Shown here piece by piece: positions 1 through 8,692 of a DNA stretch of 64,000 nucleotides. Both the position numbers and the translations under genes were made by a program. The stretch lies in assembly GCA_050250375.1 (NCBI GenBank), contig JBFWOS010000002.1, positions 773,149 to 837,148 on the forward strand, in the 5' to 3' direction. Within the stretch, counting starts at the first letter, position 1. Each line of letters starts with the position of its first letter. Under the pieces are notes generated by a model. It ran no database searches and had not been told where the DNA came from. It was given only the letters and a program-made list of their open reading frames with translations. Origin of the DNA: Candidatus Omnitrophota bacterium (GTDB lineage: Bacteria; Omnitrophota; Gorgyraeia; Zapsychrales; Zapsychraceae).

Positions 1-554
1 GCGATCGCAAACAGCAGGATGGCCAAAATATCATCCAGCGCCACGATGCCGAAAACGGCTGTAGTGAGCGGTCCCTTTGCTTTGTATTCCCATAACACGT
101 CCGTGGTAGCGGCGGGAGCGGTGGCCGATGAGATCGCGCCTAACAGCAGGGCCAGCGACCAGACCATTTGTGTATCTTGGACGAACAGGCTGCCGATGAA
201 TCCGACCATCAATGTCACCAGGACAAACGCGAACATGCCTTCAAAAAATAAAATGATAATAAACTGCCGGCCGTATTTCGTGAAGATCTCGCGGTTGAGT
301 TCCCCCCCGATCATAAATCCGATTAATCCAAGGGCGAAATAGTTGAACGGCTGCAGGGCCTGGAGCATCTGCGCGTCGATCATCCGGACACCGCTTTGGC
401 CCAAAAGCAATCCGATGAAGATATATCCGACTACCTGCGGGATTTTTAATTTTTGGAATAACCGTCCGCCGATGGTGCCGCCGAATAAAGCCAAACCGAG
501 AACAAGCAGAGTGTTTAAATGAAAATGGGAAATGTTGGCGATCAGAAAATCCAT
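1..554 (-). CDS. Cation:proton antiporter (CPA2/Kef-type), N-terminal part; truncated by window edge
   Basis: Hand translation from ATG at 554: MDFLIANISHFHLNTLLVLGLALFGGTIGGRLFQKLKIPQVVGYIFIG...GFMIGGEL...GAISSATAPAATTDVLWEYKAKGPLT...VALDD. These are CPA2 motifs. Not in the ORF track. Confidence 0.88.
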   Translation of the reverse strand, partial: MDFLIANISHFHLNTLLVLGLALFGGTIGGRLFQKLKIPQVVGYIFIGLLLGQSGVRMIDAQMLQALQPFNYFALGLIGFMIGGELNREIFTKYGRQFIIILFFEGMFAFVLVTLMVGFIGSLFVQDTQMVWSLALLLGAISSATAPAATTDVLWEYKAKGPLTTAVFGIVALDDILAILLFAI

Positions 555-747
555 GGGCTCCGCAGAAAAGGCTATGTGGTTAGGTGTCGATTAATTGAAT
601 GTGCTGACAAAGGCTGATTGAATGTTTAAATATACGCTTTAAAGTATACTCAAAACGGTGGGAAAAATAAAGCGGAAATAATAAATCAAACGGCCGGTTT
701 TTTTAAAGTTGACCGTACTTTAATTTTTCGAACAGGTATTATTTTGG

Positions 748-1584
748 TCACTTTACAGGCATTGGTGTTTGTGGTTGCTGTTCATCCCGGAATTCAAGGT
801 ATGAATTCACTCTGCGTTTCCACCCGGGGAGCCACTTTTCTTCATTCCGGTAAGCCGGGGCATTTTTAACCCGTTCGACCAGCATTTTCTCAGCGGTCTG
901 CACAAATTCTTCCAGGGCCGCCCGGCCTTCGCCCTGCCCCGGCATGTCCGATAAAATCTGCATCAGACCCCAGCCCTGTCCCTGGTAACGTTCAGTCAGC
1001 GATGTTCCCAAACCTTTAAAATTGACATAATCGACCAGGGCAAAGATACCGGCCGGGGTACCGGAGACACGGTAAAACTGTTCTCTGAGTTGTTTCCTTT
1101 TTTCAGGGGGGGAGTTTTTCAGCATTAAAGGCAGGGCTTCGTTCAGGCGTTTGATCAAAAAGTCACCCTGTTTTTCTTTCGTTGATAACAAAAGATGTTT
1201 CAGTTCCCCGGCCTTGACACCCTGCCGGTTTTTAAGAAAATCCTCGCGGGATGTCCACGGACAACCCGGCCGATGCTGAAGCCAACCCGGAATCTTCTGC
1301 CCGGTCGATTGCAGATATTCCAGAAATTTCGGGAAACTTTCATCAAAAGGACCGGTTTGCCCCTGCGGATACCAGATAAAATGGCCGATGCCCAATGACA
1401 TAAACTCCTCGCCTGCGTTCCATGCGAGCAGACATTCTTCCTTCCCTGAACATTCATTTTGAAACACTTTGTCGGAAATCTGGCGTCTGTCTTTCGCCGA
1501 CAGGGAAACGTTTTGTGCTTTCAGGTGAGGACAAAGATTCAGGATTAAAAAGACCAGGACGAGTTTGGCCCAGAATTTGTCCAT
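748..1584 (-). CDS. Secreted protein, probable lysozyme-like (muramidase-fold) hydrolase
   Basis: Signal peptide (..LKA-Q). Motifs NEC.G, SLGIGHF, ALVDYVNFKG and WLPGWKRRV parallel T4-lysozyme/GH24/GH108 motifs. Function is inference. Confidence 0.55.
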   Translation of the reverse strand: MDKFWAKLVLVFLILNLCPHLKAQNVSLSAKDRRQISDKVFQNECSGKEECLLAWNAGEEFMSLGIGHFIWYPQGQTGPFDESFPKFLEYLQSTGQKIPGWLQHRPGCPWTSREDFLKNRQGVKAGELKHLLLSTKEKQGDFLIKRLNEALPLMLKNSPPEKRKQLREQFYRVSGTPAGIFALVDYVNFKGLGTSLTERYQGQGWGLMQILSDMPGQGEGRAALEEFVQTAEKMLVERVKNAPAYRNEEKWLPGWKRRVNSYLEFRDEQQPQTPMPVK

Positions 1585-1595
1585 ACTTGTCCGGT

Positions 1596-1883
1596 TTATT
1601 TTTGAGCCCGGGCCGGTCTGACCCAGCTGGCATTGTTCGTGCCGATCTTGTACATCACCACAACCTGTTTACCGGCCGTCAGGGATTGGTCCAGCGGCTT
1701 TTTGACCACAAAGGTTTTCGGCTGTCGGGACCCGTCATCGATGGTGACGGAATTTTCACGGGCATTGATGGATAGCACTTTCCCCTTGATTGTGGTCAGA
1801 TCTTTACGGAGCAGGGCATGACCCGGGGTGGTTAAGGCTAAAAGCGAAATTGAAACGATCAGGGCGGTGATTATTTTTTTCAT
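1596..1883 (-). CDS. Small secreted basic protein, OB-fold-like
   Basis: Start reassigned to MKKIIT (AGGAG RBS upstream). Signal peptide. Pattern IKGKVLSINARENSVTI...L.AG.QVVVMY is typical of OB-fold proteins. Confidence 0.6.
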   Translation of the reverse strand: MKKIITALIVSISLLALTTPGHALLRKDLTTIKGKVLSINARENSVTIDDGSRQPKTFVVKKPLDQSLTAGKQVVVMYKIGTNNASWVRPARAQK

Positions 1884-1956
1884 GTTTGAAGCTCCTTTAT
1901 GTGTTTTATTTTTGGTTGGGTGTTGATTGATCATTTTTATCTTCATTGAATAAATA

Positions 1957-2442
1957 TTACTCCAAATGTTCCTTTAATTCACTCCAGGTTTTTTGTCCGA
2001 CTTTTCCGTCGGCTTTTAGCCCGTTATCCTTTTGGAACCGGATAATGGCTTCCTGTGTCTTGACACCGATCTTTCCGTCAACGGGTCCGTTATAATATCC
2101 GGCGTTTTTTAAGGCTCTCTGGATCTGATTGGTTGACGGAACAGAAGAATAGCTCTTTTCAGCCGGTCTGGTATCCATATCGTCCCGCTGGCTTGGATAA
2201 ACTTTCGGCGCCGGGCTTTTCTTGACCGGGGCGGTCGTCGTCCGCGGAAAACTTTCTTTTTCAGAATTTTCGAGGGTGTACCTCAAGCTTGCAAGTTCCC
2301 GCTCTTTGTCTTTCAATTCCTGGTTCAGGGAAATCACCCGCTGCTGGCACTGTTGAAGTTCGAGTTCGTACTTCCGGCCGGATGTCGCGCAGCCGATTAA
2401 AATTGTTAAACATGAAACCACTAGGAATAATCTGTAAATCAT
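1957..2442 (-). CDS. Lipoprotein with coiled coil and C-terminal peptidoglycan-binding domain (PG_binding_1)
   Basis: Lipobox LIGC; heptad coiled coil; QIQRALKNAGYYNGPVDGKIGVKTQEAIIRFQKDNGLKADGKVGQKTW. Confidence 0.9.
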   Translation of the reverse strand: MIYRLFLVVSCLTILIGCATSGRKYELELQQCQQRVISLNQELKDKERELASLRYTLENSEKESFPRTTTAPVKKSPAPKVYPSQRDDMDTRPAEKSYSSVPSTNQIQRALKNAGYYNGPVDGKIGVKTQEAIIRFQKDNGLKADGKVGQKTWSELKEHLE

Positions 2443-2447
2443 GATCC

Positions 2448-2699
2448 TTATCCTCGCTTTTTTAAAGTTTTAGTTTGTGTCCGTCTCCGGCTTTTTGATT
2501 TCTGCAATTCTTTGACCGCCTGTAATGTTTCCGGACCGGATTGACCGTTTATTTCTCCTTTATAAAAGCCAACTCTTTTCAGCAAGGTTTGAATGGTTTT
2601 TATATCGGAAAATACTTTTGTTTTTGGAATCAACTGATAGTGCACGGGTTGATACGGCTTTTTTGGGTGTTTCTTTCTTTTATCTTGTTCTGTGTTCAA
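2448..2699 (-). CDS. Short basic protein with a partial PG_binding_1 repeat (possibly degenerate)
   Basis: IQTLLKRVGFYKGEINGQSGPETLQAVKELQK. Likely TTG start at 2699 behind GGAG. The second half of the domain and a signal peptide are missing. Confidence 0.55.
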   Translation of the reverse strand: MNTEQDKRKKHPKKPYQPVHYQLIPKTKVFSDIKTIQTLLKRVGFYKGEINGQSGPETLQAVKELQKSKSRRRTQTKTLKKRG

Positions 2700-2713
2700 T
2701 GTTTCTTCTCCCG

Positions 2714-3100
2714 TTAAACCGCTGCGCAAGCAACAGGTTGATAAAAAATTTCCTTAATCTTTTCTTCCATTGTAAGACATGAGAACGGTTTTTTGATCAT
2801 ATGCCCGCTTCCATACTTTTTAAGATGATCCGCGCTTAAAAGACAGCGGTAGGAAATCACGGTAAGAACCGGGATTTTAGGGAAATTCTGGTTTAACCGG
2901 CGCAGAATGTTTAATTCAAATTCCTGCGTGGAATGATACATGTTCATGATCAGCAATTGGACAATCCCTTCGCGGCATAATCGTCCGATGATTCCTGAAT
3001 CGCGGAAAATGACTACTTCATGGTGACGGCTTAAAGTCTTTTTCCAGCTGCTGCCGGAATGCCTTTTCGAATCAATAATGATGATCGATCTTTTTGTCAT
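2714..3100 (-). CDS. Degenerate receiver-domain protein (pseudo-receiver)
   Basis: IIIIDS...LLIMNMY...PKIPVLTVIS...IKKPF follows the CheY fold, but the phospho-acceptor Asp position is Asn. Confidence 0.65.
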   Translation of the reverse strand: MTKRSIIIIDSKRHSGSSWKKTLSRHHEVVIFRDSGIIGRLCREGIVQLLIMNMYHSTQEFELNILRRLNQNFPKIPVLTVISYRCLLSADHLKKYGSGHMIKKPFSCLTMEEKIKEIFYQPVACAAV

Positions 3101-3103
3101 AAA

Positions 3104-4117
3104 TTATTCGACAGGGATAATAATGGTCTGCCCCGGTTTGAGTTTATTGGGGTTGCTGATCTGGTTTTTGTTCAGTTCGTAGATGTATTGCCAGCGATGG
3201 CCGTTGCCCAATTCCCTCTCCGCGATTTTCCAGAGGGTATCGTTTTTGGTAATGATATATTCTTTTTGGGAAACTTTTAACGGCGATTCAATTTTTTCTT
3301 CCTTTTCAATGGAATATCTATTTTCCCCGATGATTTTTGCGGTCTTTTCTTCCGGGAACCGGCCTTCGGGGATCAGCATTTCTTCAACTTCCGCAATCAT
3401 AAACTGGGCGTTCCGGTCTTTCTGCATCCCGACCAGATCATTCACCGGGGCAACGGCGTCCAGTTTGCCGCGGCTGACGATCTTGATCCGTTCTTCTGAG
3501 ATCCCCTGGTCCAGCATAAATTGTTTAACCGTTTCTCCCCGCCTTTTGCCGAGCCTCAGGTTATATTCATTGGATCCGCGGGTGTCGCAATTGCCGGTAA
3601 TCAATATGGTCGATTCAGGATTACGTTGAAGAGTTTTAACTGCTTTCGTGAGAATAGTCGTATGGTCTTCACGCAAGTCGGCCTTGTTGTAATCAAAATA
3701 TATTTTGACGTTTTTGATGATATTTTTGATGAGCAGGGACGGTTTCATTTCCGGCGGTTTGGCTTCTTCCCTGGCCGGTATGGTCTTTGCGGGTTCTGGT
3801 TTTTTAGGCGCTTCAACGATCTCGTCTTCGTCCGGGGCCGCGTAATCATAAATAATTTTATAAACGTACACATATCCGCGGTTCCCCCACGGCCTGGCTT
3901 GTCCGGGTTGATCTGGCCACCACCAGTAACCGCCGCGTTTTTCATCTTTGACGGGAGCGGGCTGGGCATCCGTCGGCCACCAGGCAAAATTCTTCTGCAG
4001 CTGTTCCAGTTCTCCCTGTCTTTTTTCTGATTGGCGGTCTGCGCACCAGGCGGCCTGAGCGCTTAAATTCAAACAGAAAAAGTTGAATAATACGAGAATA
4101 CGGATCAAATATTTCAT
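3104..4117 (-). CDS. Secreted OmpA/Pal-like peptidoglycan-binding protein with C-terminal LysM and Trp-rich N-terminal domain
   Basis: IYFDYNKADL...ITGNCDTRGSNEYNLRLGKRRG (OmpA_C); YIITKNDTLWKIAERELGNGHRWQYIYELNKNQISNPNKLKPGQTIIIP (LysM). ATG at 4117 overlaps the upstream stop (ATGA). Confidence 0.92.
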   Translation of the reverse strand: MKYLIRILVLFNFFCLNLSAQAAWCADRQSEKRQGELEQLQKNFAWWPTDAQPAPVKDEKRGGYWWWPDQPGQARPWGNRGYVYVYKIIYDYAAPDEDEIVEAPKKPEPAKTIPAREEAKPPEMKPSLLIKNIIKNVKIYFDYNKADLREDHTTILTKAVKTLQRNPESTILITGNCDTRGSNEYNLRLGKRRGETVKQFMLDQGISEERIKIVSRGKLDAVAPVNDLVGMQKDRNAQFMIAEVEEMLIPEGRFPEEKTAKIIGENRYSIEKEEKIESPLKVSQKEYIITKNDTLWKIAERELGNGHRWQYIYELNKNQISNPNKLKPGQTIIIPVE

Positions 4118-4476
4118 ACGGCACATCCCAATACCTTTCGGACTTTTTCCAGCAGGACATCCACCCCCTGAACTTTGTCAAAATAATCATCGGCGCGCGG
4201 AATTGCCTGTCTTTGTTCATCAATAGGGTAAACACTGGCCACGATGATCTTAAAATCAGGATCATACTCATTGATGACATCGCGCATCACCACACCGTTA
4301 ATTTCCGGCATATTGAGGTCCAGCAAAACGAGATCGATGTGTTGGGTTGAAATCAGTTTAAACGTCGCCTGCGACGCGCTCTTCGCCTCAAACACCTCAA
4401 AGCCCTCTTTGGTCAGGACTTCTCTGTAGGTGCTGCGGATCTTTGTTTCGTCATCAATGATGAGAATCTTTTTCAT
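4114..4476 (-). CDS. Single-domain response regulator (CheY-like)
   Basis: MKKILIIDDE...LVLLDLNMPEING...ADDYFDK; GGAGG RBS before ATG at 4476. Confidence 0.9.
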   Translation of the reverse strand: MKKILIIDDETKIRSTYREVLTKEGFEVFEAKSASQATFKLISTQHIDLVLLDLNMPEINGVVMRDVINEYDPDFKIIVASVYPIDEQRQAIPRADDYFDKVQGVDVLLEKVRKVLGCAV

Positions 4477-4498
4477 AGGTTCCTCCAGGTATGTTTCG

Positions 4499-4555
4499 AT
4501 TCTAGCAAGTTCACATGAGAAGAACATGAAATCAAAATTAAAATTTTCTCATTTT
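4499..4555 (-). promoter_or_regulatory. Promoter with CusR/OmpR-family-like binding sites upstream of the envelope operon
   Basis: Minus strand: AAAATGAGAAAATTTTAATTTT (4555-4534, resembles CusR box AAAATGACAAnnTTGTCATTTT); TCATGT direct repeat with 11-bp period (4529-4513); extended -10 TGcTAGAAT. Confidence 0.55.
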
Positions 4556-4575
4556 CAGAATTGCGCAGGAAGGGT

Positions 4576-6081
4576 TCAGGCGGCCAGGGGCAGGACAATC
4601 GTAAAGGTGGAGCCTTTGTTTAACTGACTTTCCACCTGAATGCTCCCGCGGTGGGCTTTGGCGACAGCCTGGGCGATATTTAAACCCAATCCGTTGCCTT
4701 TTTGAGCATCCTCGTCCCGGCTGGGGATCTGGAAAAACCGGGTAAAGATCAGGGAAAGATATTCTTCCGCCATCCCCGGCCCCTGATCGGCGACACTGAC
4801 TTTTAAGGAGTCTTCCGTCCTTACGGCATGGATGGTTATTTTCTTTCCGTCCGGGGTGAATTTGATGGCGTTATGGATGATATTTAAAAACAAACGACGT
4901 AAATGCAGGGAATCACCTTTGAGAAAAATATTTTCTTTGGGCAAAATATAGGTGATCTCGATATTCTTTTCTTCAGCGAGAATCTTTGTCTTATCAAAAA
5001 TTGTTTTAAGAAATTCTTTGCCGTCAAAACGTTCGAATTTCAGGAATTTGACGTGGTAGTCCAGTTTGGCTAAAAGCAGTAATTCCTCAATGATCTTGAT
5101 GATCTTTTCAATTTCTTCAAGGTTCTCTTTCAGGACATCTTTATAATCAGACGGACCCAGGTCTGTACGCAGGGCAACCTCGGTTTCCCCGCGTAAAATC
5201 GCCAGAGGAGTTTTCAACTCATGGGCCACTTGTGAACTGAACTGTTCAATATGTTTAAAAGAGTTTTCCAGCCGCGCGATCATGTCGTTAAAAGAATCCA
5301 CCAGGACTTTCATTTCTTCATCAATATTTTCCTGCCCGATTCTCCGGGACAAATCGCTGGAACTGATCTGGCGCGCTGTCAGGACGATGCTGTTGACCGG
5401 CCGTAAAATCCGGTCCGCCAGAAAACGCCCTAAAAATGCGGTCAGGATCAGAACAACCGGTATAATGACCATAAACATCCGCTGCCGGTAACTTAACAAT
5501 TCCAGAATGGGTGTTTCTGTGGAGGCAATGAGGACAAACACCGGATGCCCGGCCGGCAGTGAAATAACGGACTGGATTTTCCGGTAATAATTATGCCCGC
5601 TTTTGATCTCTCCAAAACTGTCTTCGCCGGAAGAAATATTGACGTCAGGCGTGAATTTCTTTATCAGATCATCAGGGATGTTCTGGGACGTGTAAATCAA
5701 CCGGCCCTCGGCATTAAAAAAAGCCACCATGTCCTGGCTTAAATCCAGCCGGTCAAAACGCATGAACCATTTCTCTTCTTCCGACAAAACCTCTCCCTCT
5801 GATTTTTTCTTTTTAACCGCCGCCATATCGGATTTGGGAGGGTACTGAAAGGAAAAAATCCGCTGAATGACCGCCGGGACATCCTCTCCGGATGAGGCGG
5901 ACAGCTCATCCGTGATAATGTTACCGAGCTCATCCACCTTGGCGGACAATTCTTCCTCCAGATCATTGATCAGATATTTTGAAAGACTGGTTTGAAGAAA
6001 GGCGCTGTACAGGATCAGGATAATGCCGAGAATGATCGTAAAGAGGTTTCCGATTTTGAATTTGATGGAATTAAATTTCAT
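4576..6081 (-). CDS. Sensor histidine kinase (CusS/heavy-metal-sensor-like; TM-periplasmic-TM-HAMP-HisKA-HATPase)
   Basis: H-box FSSQVAHELKTPL; N-box NIIHNAIKFT; G1 DQGPGM; G2 GNGLGL. Confidence 0.95.
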   Translation of the reverse strand: MKFNSIKFKIGNLFTIILGIILILYSAFLQTSLSKYLINDLEEELSAKVDELGNIITDELSASSGEDVPAVIQRIFSFQYPPKSDMAAVKKKKSEGEVLSEEEKWFMRFDRLDLSQDMVAFFNAEGRLIYTSQNIPDDLIKKFTPDVNISSGEDSFGEIKSGHNYYRKIQSVISLPAGHPVFVLIASTETPILELLSYRQRMFMVIIPVVLILTAFLGRFLADRILRPVNSIVLTARQISSSDLSRRIGQENIDEEMKVLVDSFNDMIARLENSFKHIEQFSSQVAHELKTPLAILRGETEVALRTDLGPSDYKDVLKENLEEIEKIIKIIEELLLLAKLDYHVKFLKFERFDGKEFLKTIFDKTKILAEEKNIEITYILPKENIFLKGDSLHLRRLFLNIIHNAIKFTPDGKKITIHAVRTEDSLKVSVADQGPGMAEEYLSLIFTRFFQIPSRDEDAQKGNGLGLNIAQAVAKAHRGSIQVESQLNKGSTFTIVLPLAA

Positions 6082-6758
6082 GCCGGAGGTATTTTGTTTA
6101 ACATATAACCTGATCCGCGCAAGGTGTGGATCAACTGGGTTTTGAAGGTCCGGTCCATTTTCATCCGTAAATAACGGACATAAACATCAATGACATTCGT
6201 CAGGCTGTCGAAACTTTCATTCCAGACATGTTCGGAGATCATTGTGCGCGTGATGACCTGTTCCGGGCGGTGCATAAAATATTCAAGCAGTGCGTATTCT
6301 TTGGCGGAAAGGTTAATCTCCTGTCCGGCGCGCTTGACTTTATGCGTGACCTGATTGAGTTCAAGGTCTTCATATTTGAGGATGGTGGATTTATTGTCCT
6401 GTTTCCGCCTGAGGAGCGCGCGAACCCTTGCCAGGAATTCGTCAAAGATAAAAGGTTTGGTCAGGTAATCGTCTGCCCCCAGATCCAGGCCCGTAACCTT
6501 GTCTTCGGTCGCGTCCCGTGCCGTCAGCATGAGAATCGGCGTGGCCAGGCCCGTCTTTCTTAATTCCCGGCAGACATAAAACCCGTCTTTTCCCGGGAGC
6601 ATGACGTCAAGGATGATCAGATCGTATTCATTGATTTCAGCCGAATACAACGCCTTTTCGGCGTCCGTTACAACATCAACGGCATATTTTTCTTCTTTCA
6701 GGCCGCGCTGAATGAAGTTTGCCATTTTTCTTTGGTCTTCAACGATTAATATTCTCAT
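6078..6758 (-). CDS. OmpR-family response regulator (CusR/CzcR-like)
   Basis: MRILIVED...IILDVMLP...DYLTKPF; winged helix TNVIDVYVRYLR..IHTLRGSGY; 4-bp overlap with the kinase. Confidence 0.95.
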   Translation of the reverse strand: MRILIVEDQRKMANFIQRGLKEEKYAVDVVTDAEKALYSAEINEYDLIILDVMLPGKDGFYVCRELRKTGLATPILMLTARDATEDKVTGLDLGADDYLTKPFIFDEFLARVRALLRRKQDNKSTILKYEDLELNQVTHKVKRAGQEINLSAKEYALLEYFMHRPEQVITRTMISEHVWNESFDSLTNVIDVYVRYLRMKMDRTFKTQLIHTLRGSGYMLNKIPPA

Positions 6759-6898
6759 AGGAGATCAAATGGAAACCCGTTCTCGTCGTTTTCCTCTGAT
6801 AACGGGTCGGTATCCAAAATCGTTTGGGATGGACAAGTATGAAAACAAGTATAAAGCAGTGTTTTAAAAAAATAAAGAGGAATTACAGGTGCCGTTTT

Positions 6899-8692
6899 TT
6901 ACTGGGGTTCGGACATTCCCCAGGAATAATCGGTTTCCAGTAAAAGGACCGACTGGATAAACGCCATATGCGAATAACCCTGCGGAAAGTTTCCGGTCTG
7001 ACATTGGTTGACCGGGTCGTATCCTTCGGAAAATAATCCCAGTGGATTTGCCGTCACTAAGGCCCGGTTAAAAAATTCCCTGGCCTCATCTTTCCGGCCG
7101 ACCAGATAAAGGGCATTGACCATCCAGAAGCAGCACAGGATGAACGCATTTTCCGGTTTCCCGAAATCATCTTCTTTGGTGTAACGCATAATAAAACCGT
7201 CTTTAAACAATTCCCGGTGACAAAATTCAACGGTTTTGATCATGCGCGGATCATCAGGCCCTAGAAATCCGTAATGCAGCATTAACAATACCGCCGCGTC
7301 CGCCTGTGTTGAACCGTAATACATCGTAAAAGCCTCTTTCTCTTCATTCCAGCCTTTTTCCAGGATATCGTTTTTAATCACAGCGGCCTTCTGGAAACAG
7401 GAGTCGGCATATTTTGTCTTGCCAATCATTTTCGCGATACGCCCGGCCCGGTCCATCGCCACCCAGTTCATGAGTTTTGAAAAGACATGGTGCTGGGCTT
7501 CTCCCCGGTATTCCCAGATCCCGTTGTCCGGTTTGTCCCAGACATCCGCGGCGTTGTTGACCAGCGAACGGACCACGGTCCACAATTCCTGGTCGAACTG
7601 AAAACCCGAAACGGGATTCATCGTAAAGAACGTGTAAATCGCGTCGATCAATTCACCATACAAATCATTCTGGATCTGCACGTACGCCGCGTTACCGATC
7701 CGTACGGGTTTCGAATTCTTATAACCGGCCAGGGACGTAATTGTCTTTTCTTCGATGATCGTCTCCCCGTGAATGCTGTACATGACGGCGATGTTCTGGT
7801 GTTTGGAAAGCATGCGGTCCAGGACGAAATTCATGTACCGGGTCGACGCGTTAAAATGTCCCAGACGGGAAAACAACTCAATGATCATGGAGGCGTCCCT
7901 GATCCAGCAATACCGGTAGTCCCAGTTGCGTTCCTTACCGACCGTTTCCGGAAGTGATGTCGTCGGAGCAGCAATCACCGCCCCTGATCGGTGATTCATC
8001 AGGAGTTTTAATGTAATCATGGACCGGATGACCATCTCCCGGTAGGTCTCGGGCACTTTTGTCCGGTAGACCCAGCCCAGCCAATATCCTTTGGTGCGTT
8101 CAAACTCGACGTAATTCCGGTCTGAATCAAAGGCCCGGATTTTCTGATGATAAGACAAGACGAAATAACCGGATTCCGGCAGGGTCATCTCTTCTTCGTT
8201 CAGGATTTTTTTAAAATCCAGGTCCGTATACAGATAAAAACTGTGGTAGTCACCGGAATTGCTGATGTATTTGATGTATTCCGTTTCTTCAATGATATCA
8301 ACCGCAGAACCGGCGTAATTCGGACGGAGGTTGATCTGTATTTTGACCTTTGGTTTTCCCGAGATGACCCGGACATTCCGGTGGACTTCGGATGGACAAT
8401 AATAATGCTGGTTATCCATCAAAAACCGCGGCATAAAGTCATAAATGTCAAAAACTCCATCGGATGTTTCGACGCGGGTCTTCAGGATAGCTGTATGACG
8501 GACATATTGCTGGGTAATTCTGGTGGTATTGATCCCGGTTATTTTAAAGGACCCGCCTTTCTCATCATCAAGGATCTTCGCGCATAAAGAAGGCGAGTCA
8601 AAATACGGCATACACAGCCAGTCGATACTCGCCTCGGAAGAAACCAGCGCCGAACTGACGCAATTCCCGATTAAGCCATACGGATAACTCAT
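6899..8692 (-). CDS. Glycoside hydrolase family 15 (trehalase/glucoamylase-like)
   Basis: YGLIGNC..SALV...IDWLC.P.FDSP; IAAPTTSLPE..G.ERNWDYRYCWIRDAS; GIWEYRG; GNFPQGYSH. Confidence 0.95.
   Translation of the reverse strand: MSYPYGLIGNCVSSALVSSEASIDWLCMPYFDSPSLCAKILDDEKGGSFKITGINTTRITQQYVRHTAILKTRVETSDGVFDIYDFMPRFLMDNQHYYCPSEVHRNVRVISGKPKVKIQINLRPNYAGSAVDIIEETEYIKYISNSGDYHSFYLYTDLDFKKILNEEEMTLPESGYFVLSYHQKIRAFDSDRNYVEFERTKGYWLGWVYRTKVPETYREMVIRSMITLKLLMNHRSGAVIAAPTTSLPETVGKERNWDYRYCWIRDASMIIELFSRLGHFNASTRYMNFVLDRMLSKHQNIAVMYSIHGETIIEEKTITSLAGYKNSKPVRIGNAAYVQIQNDLYGELIDAIYTFFTMNPVSGFQFDQELWTVVRSLVNNAADVWDKPDNGIWEYRGEAQHHVFSKLMNWVAMDRAGRIAKMIGKTKYADSCFQKAAVIKNDILEKGWNEEKEAFTMYYGSTQADAAVLLMLHYGFLGPDDPRMIKTVEFCHRELFKDGFIMRYTKEDDFGKPENAFILCCFWMVNALYLVGRKDEAREFFNRALVTANPLGLFSEGYDPVNQCQTGNFPQGYSHMAFIQSVLLLETDYSWGMSEPQ

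Noticed and set aside
6833-6852. Direct repeat ACAAGTAT-N4-ACAAGTAT upstream of the OmpR-family regulator
   Set aside because: The 12-bp period is atypical and it does not match the sites at 4513-4555; too weak to call
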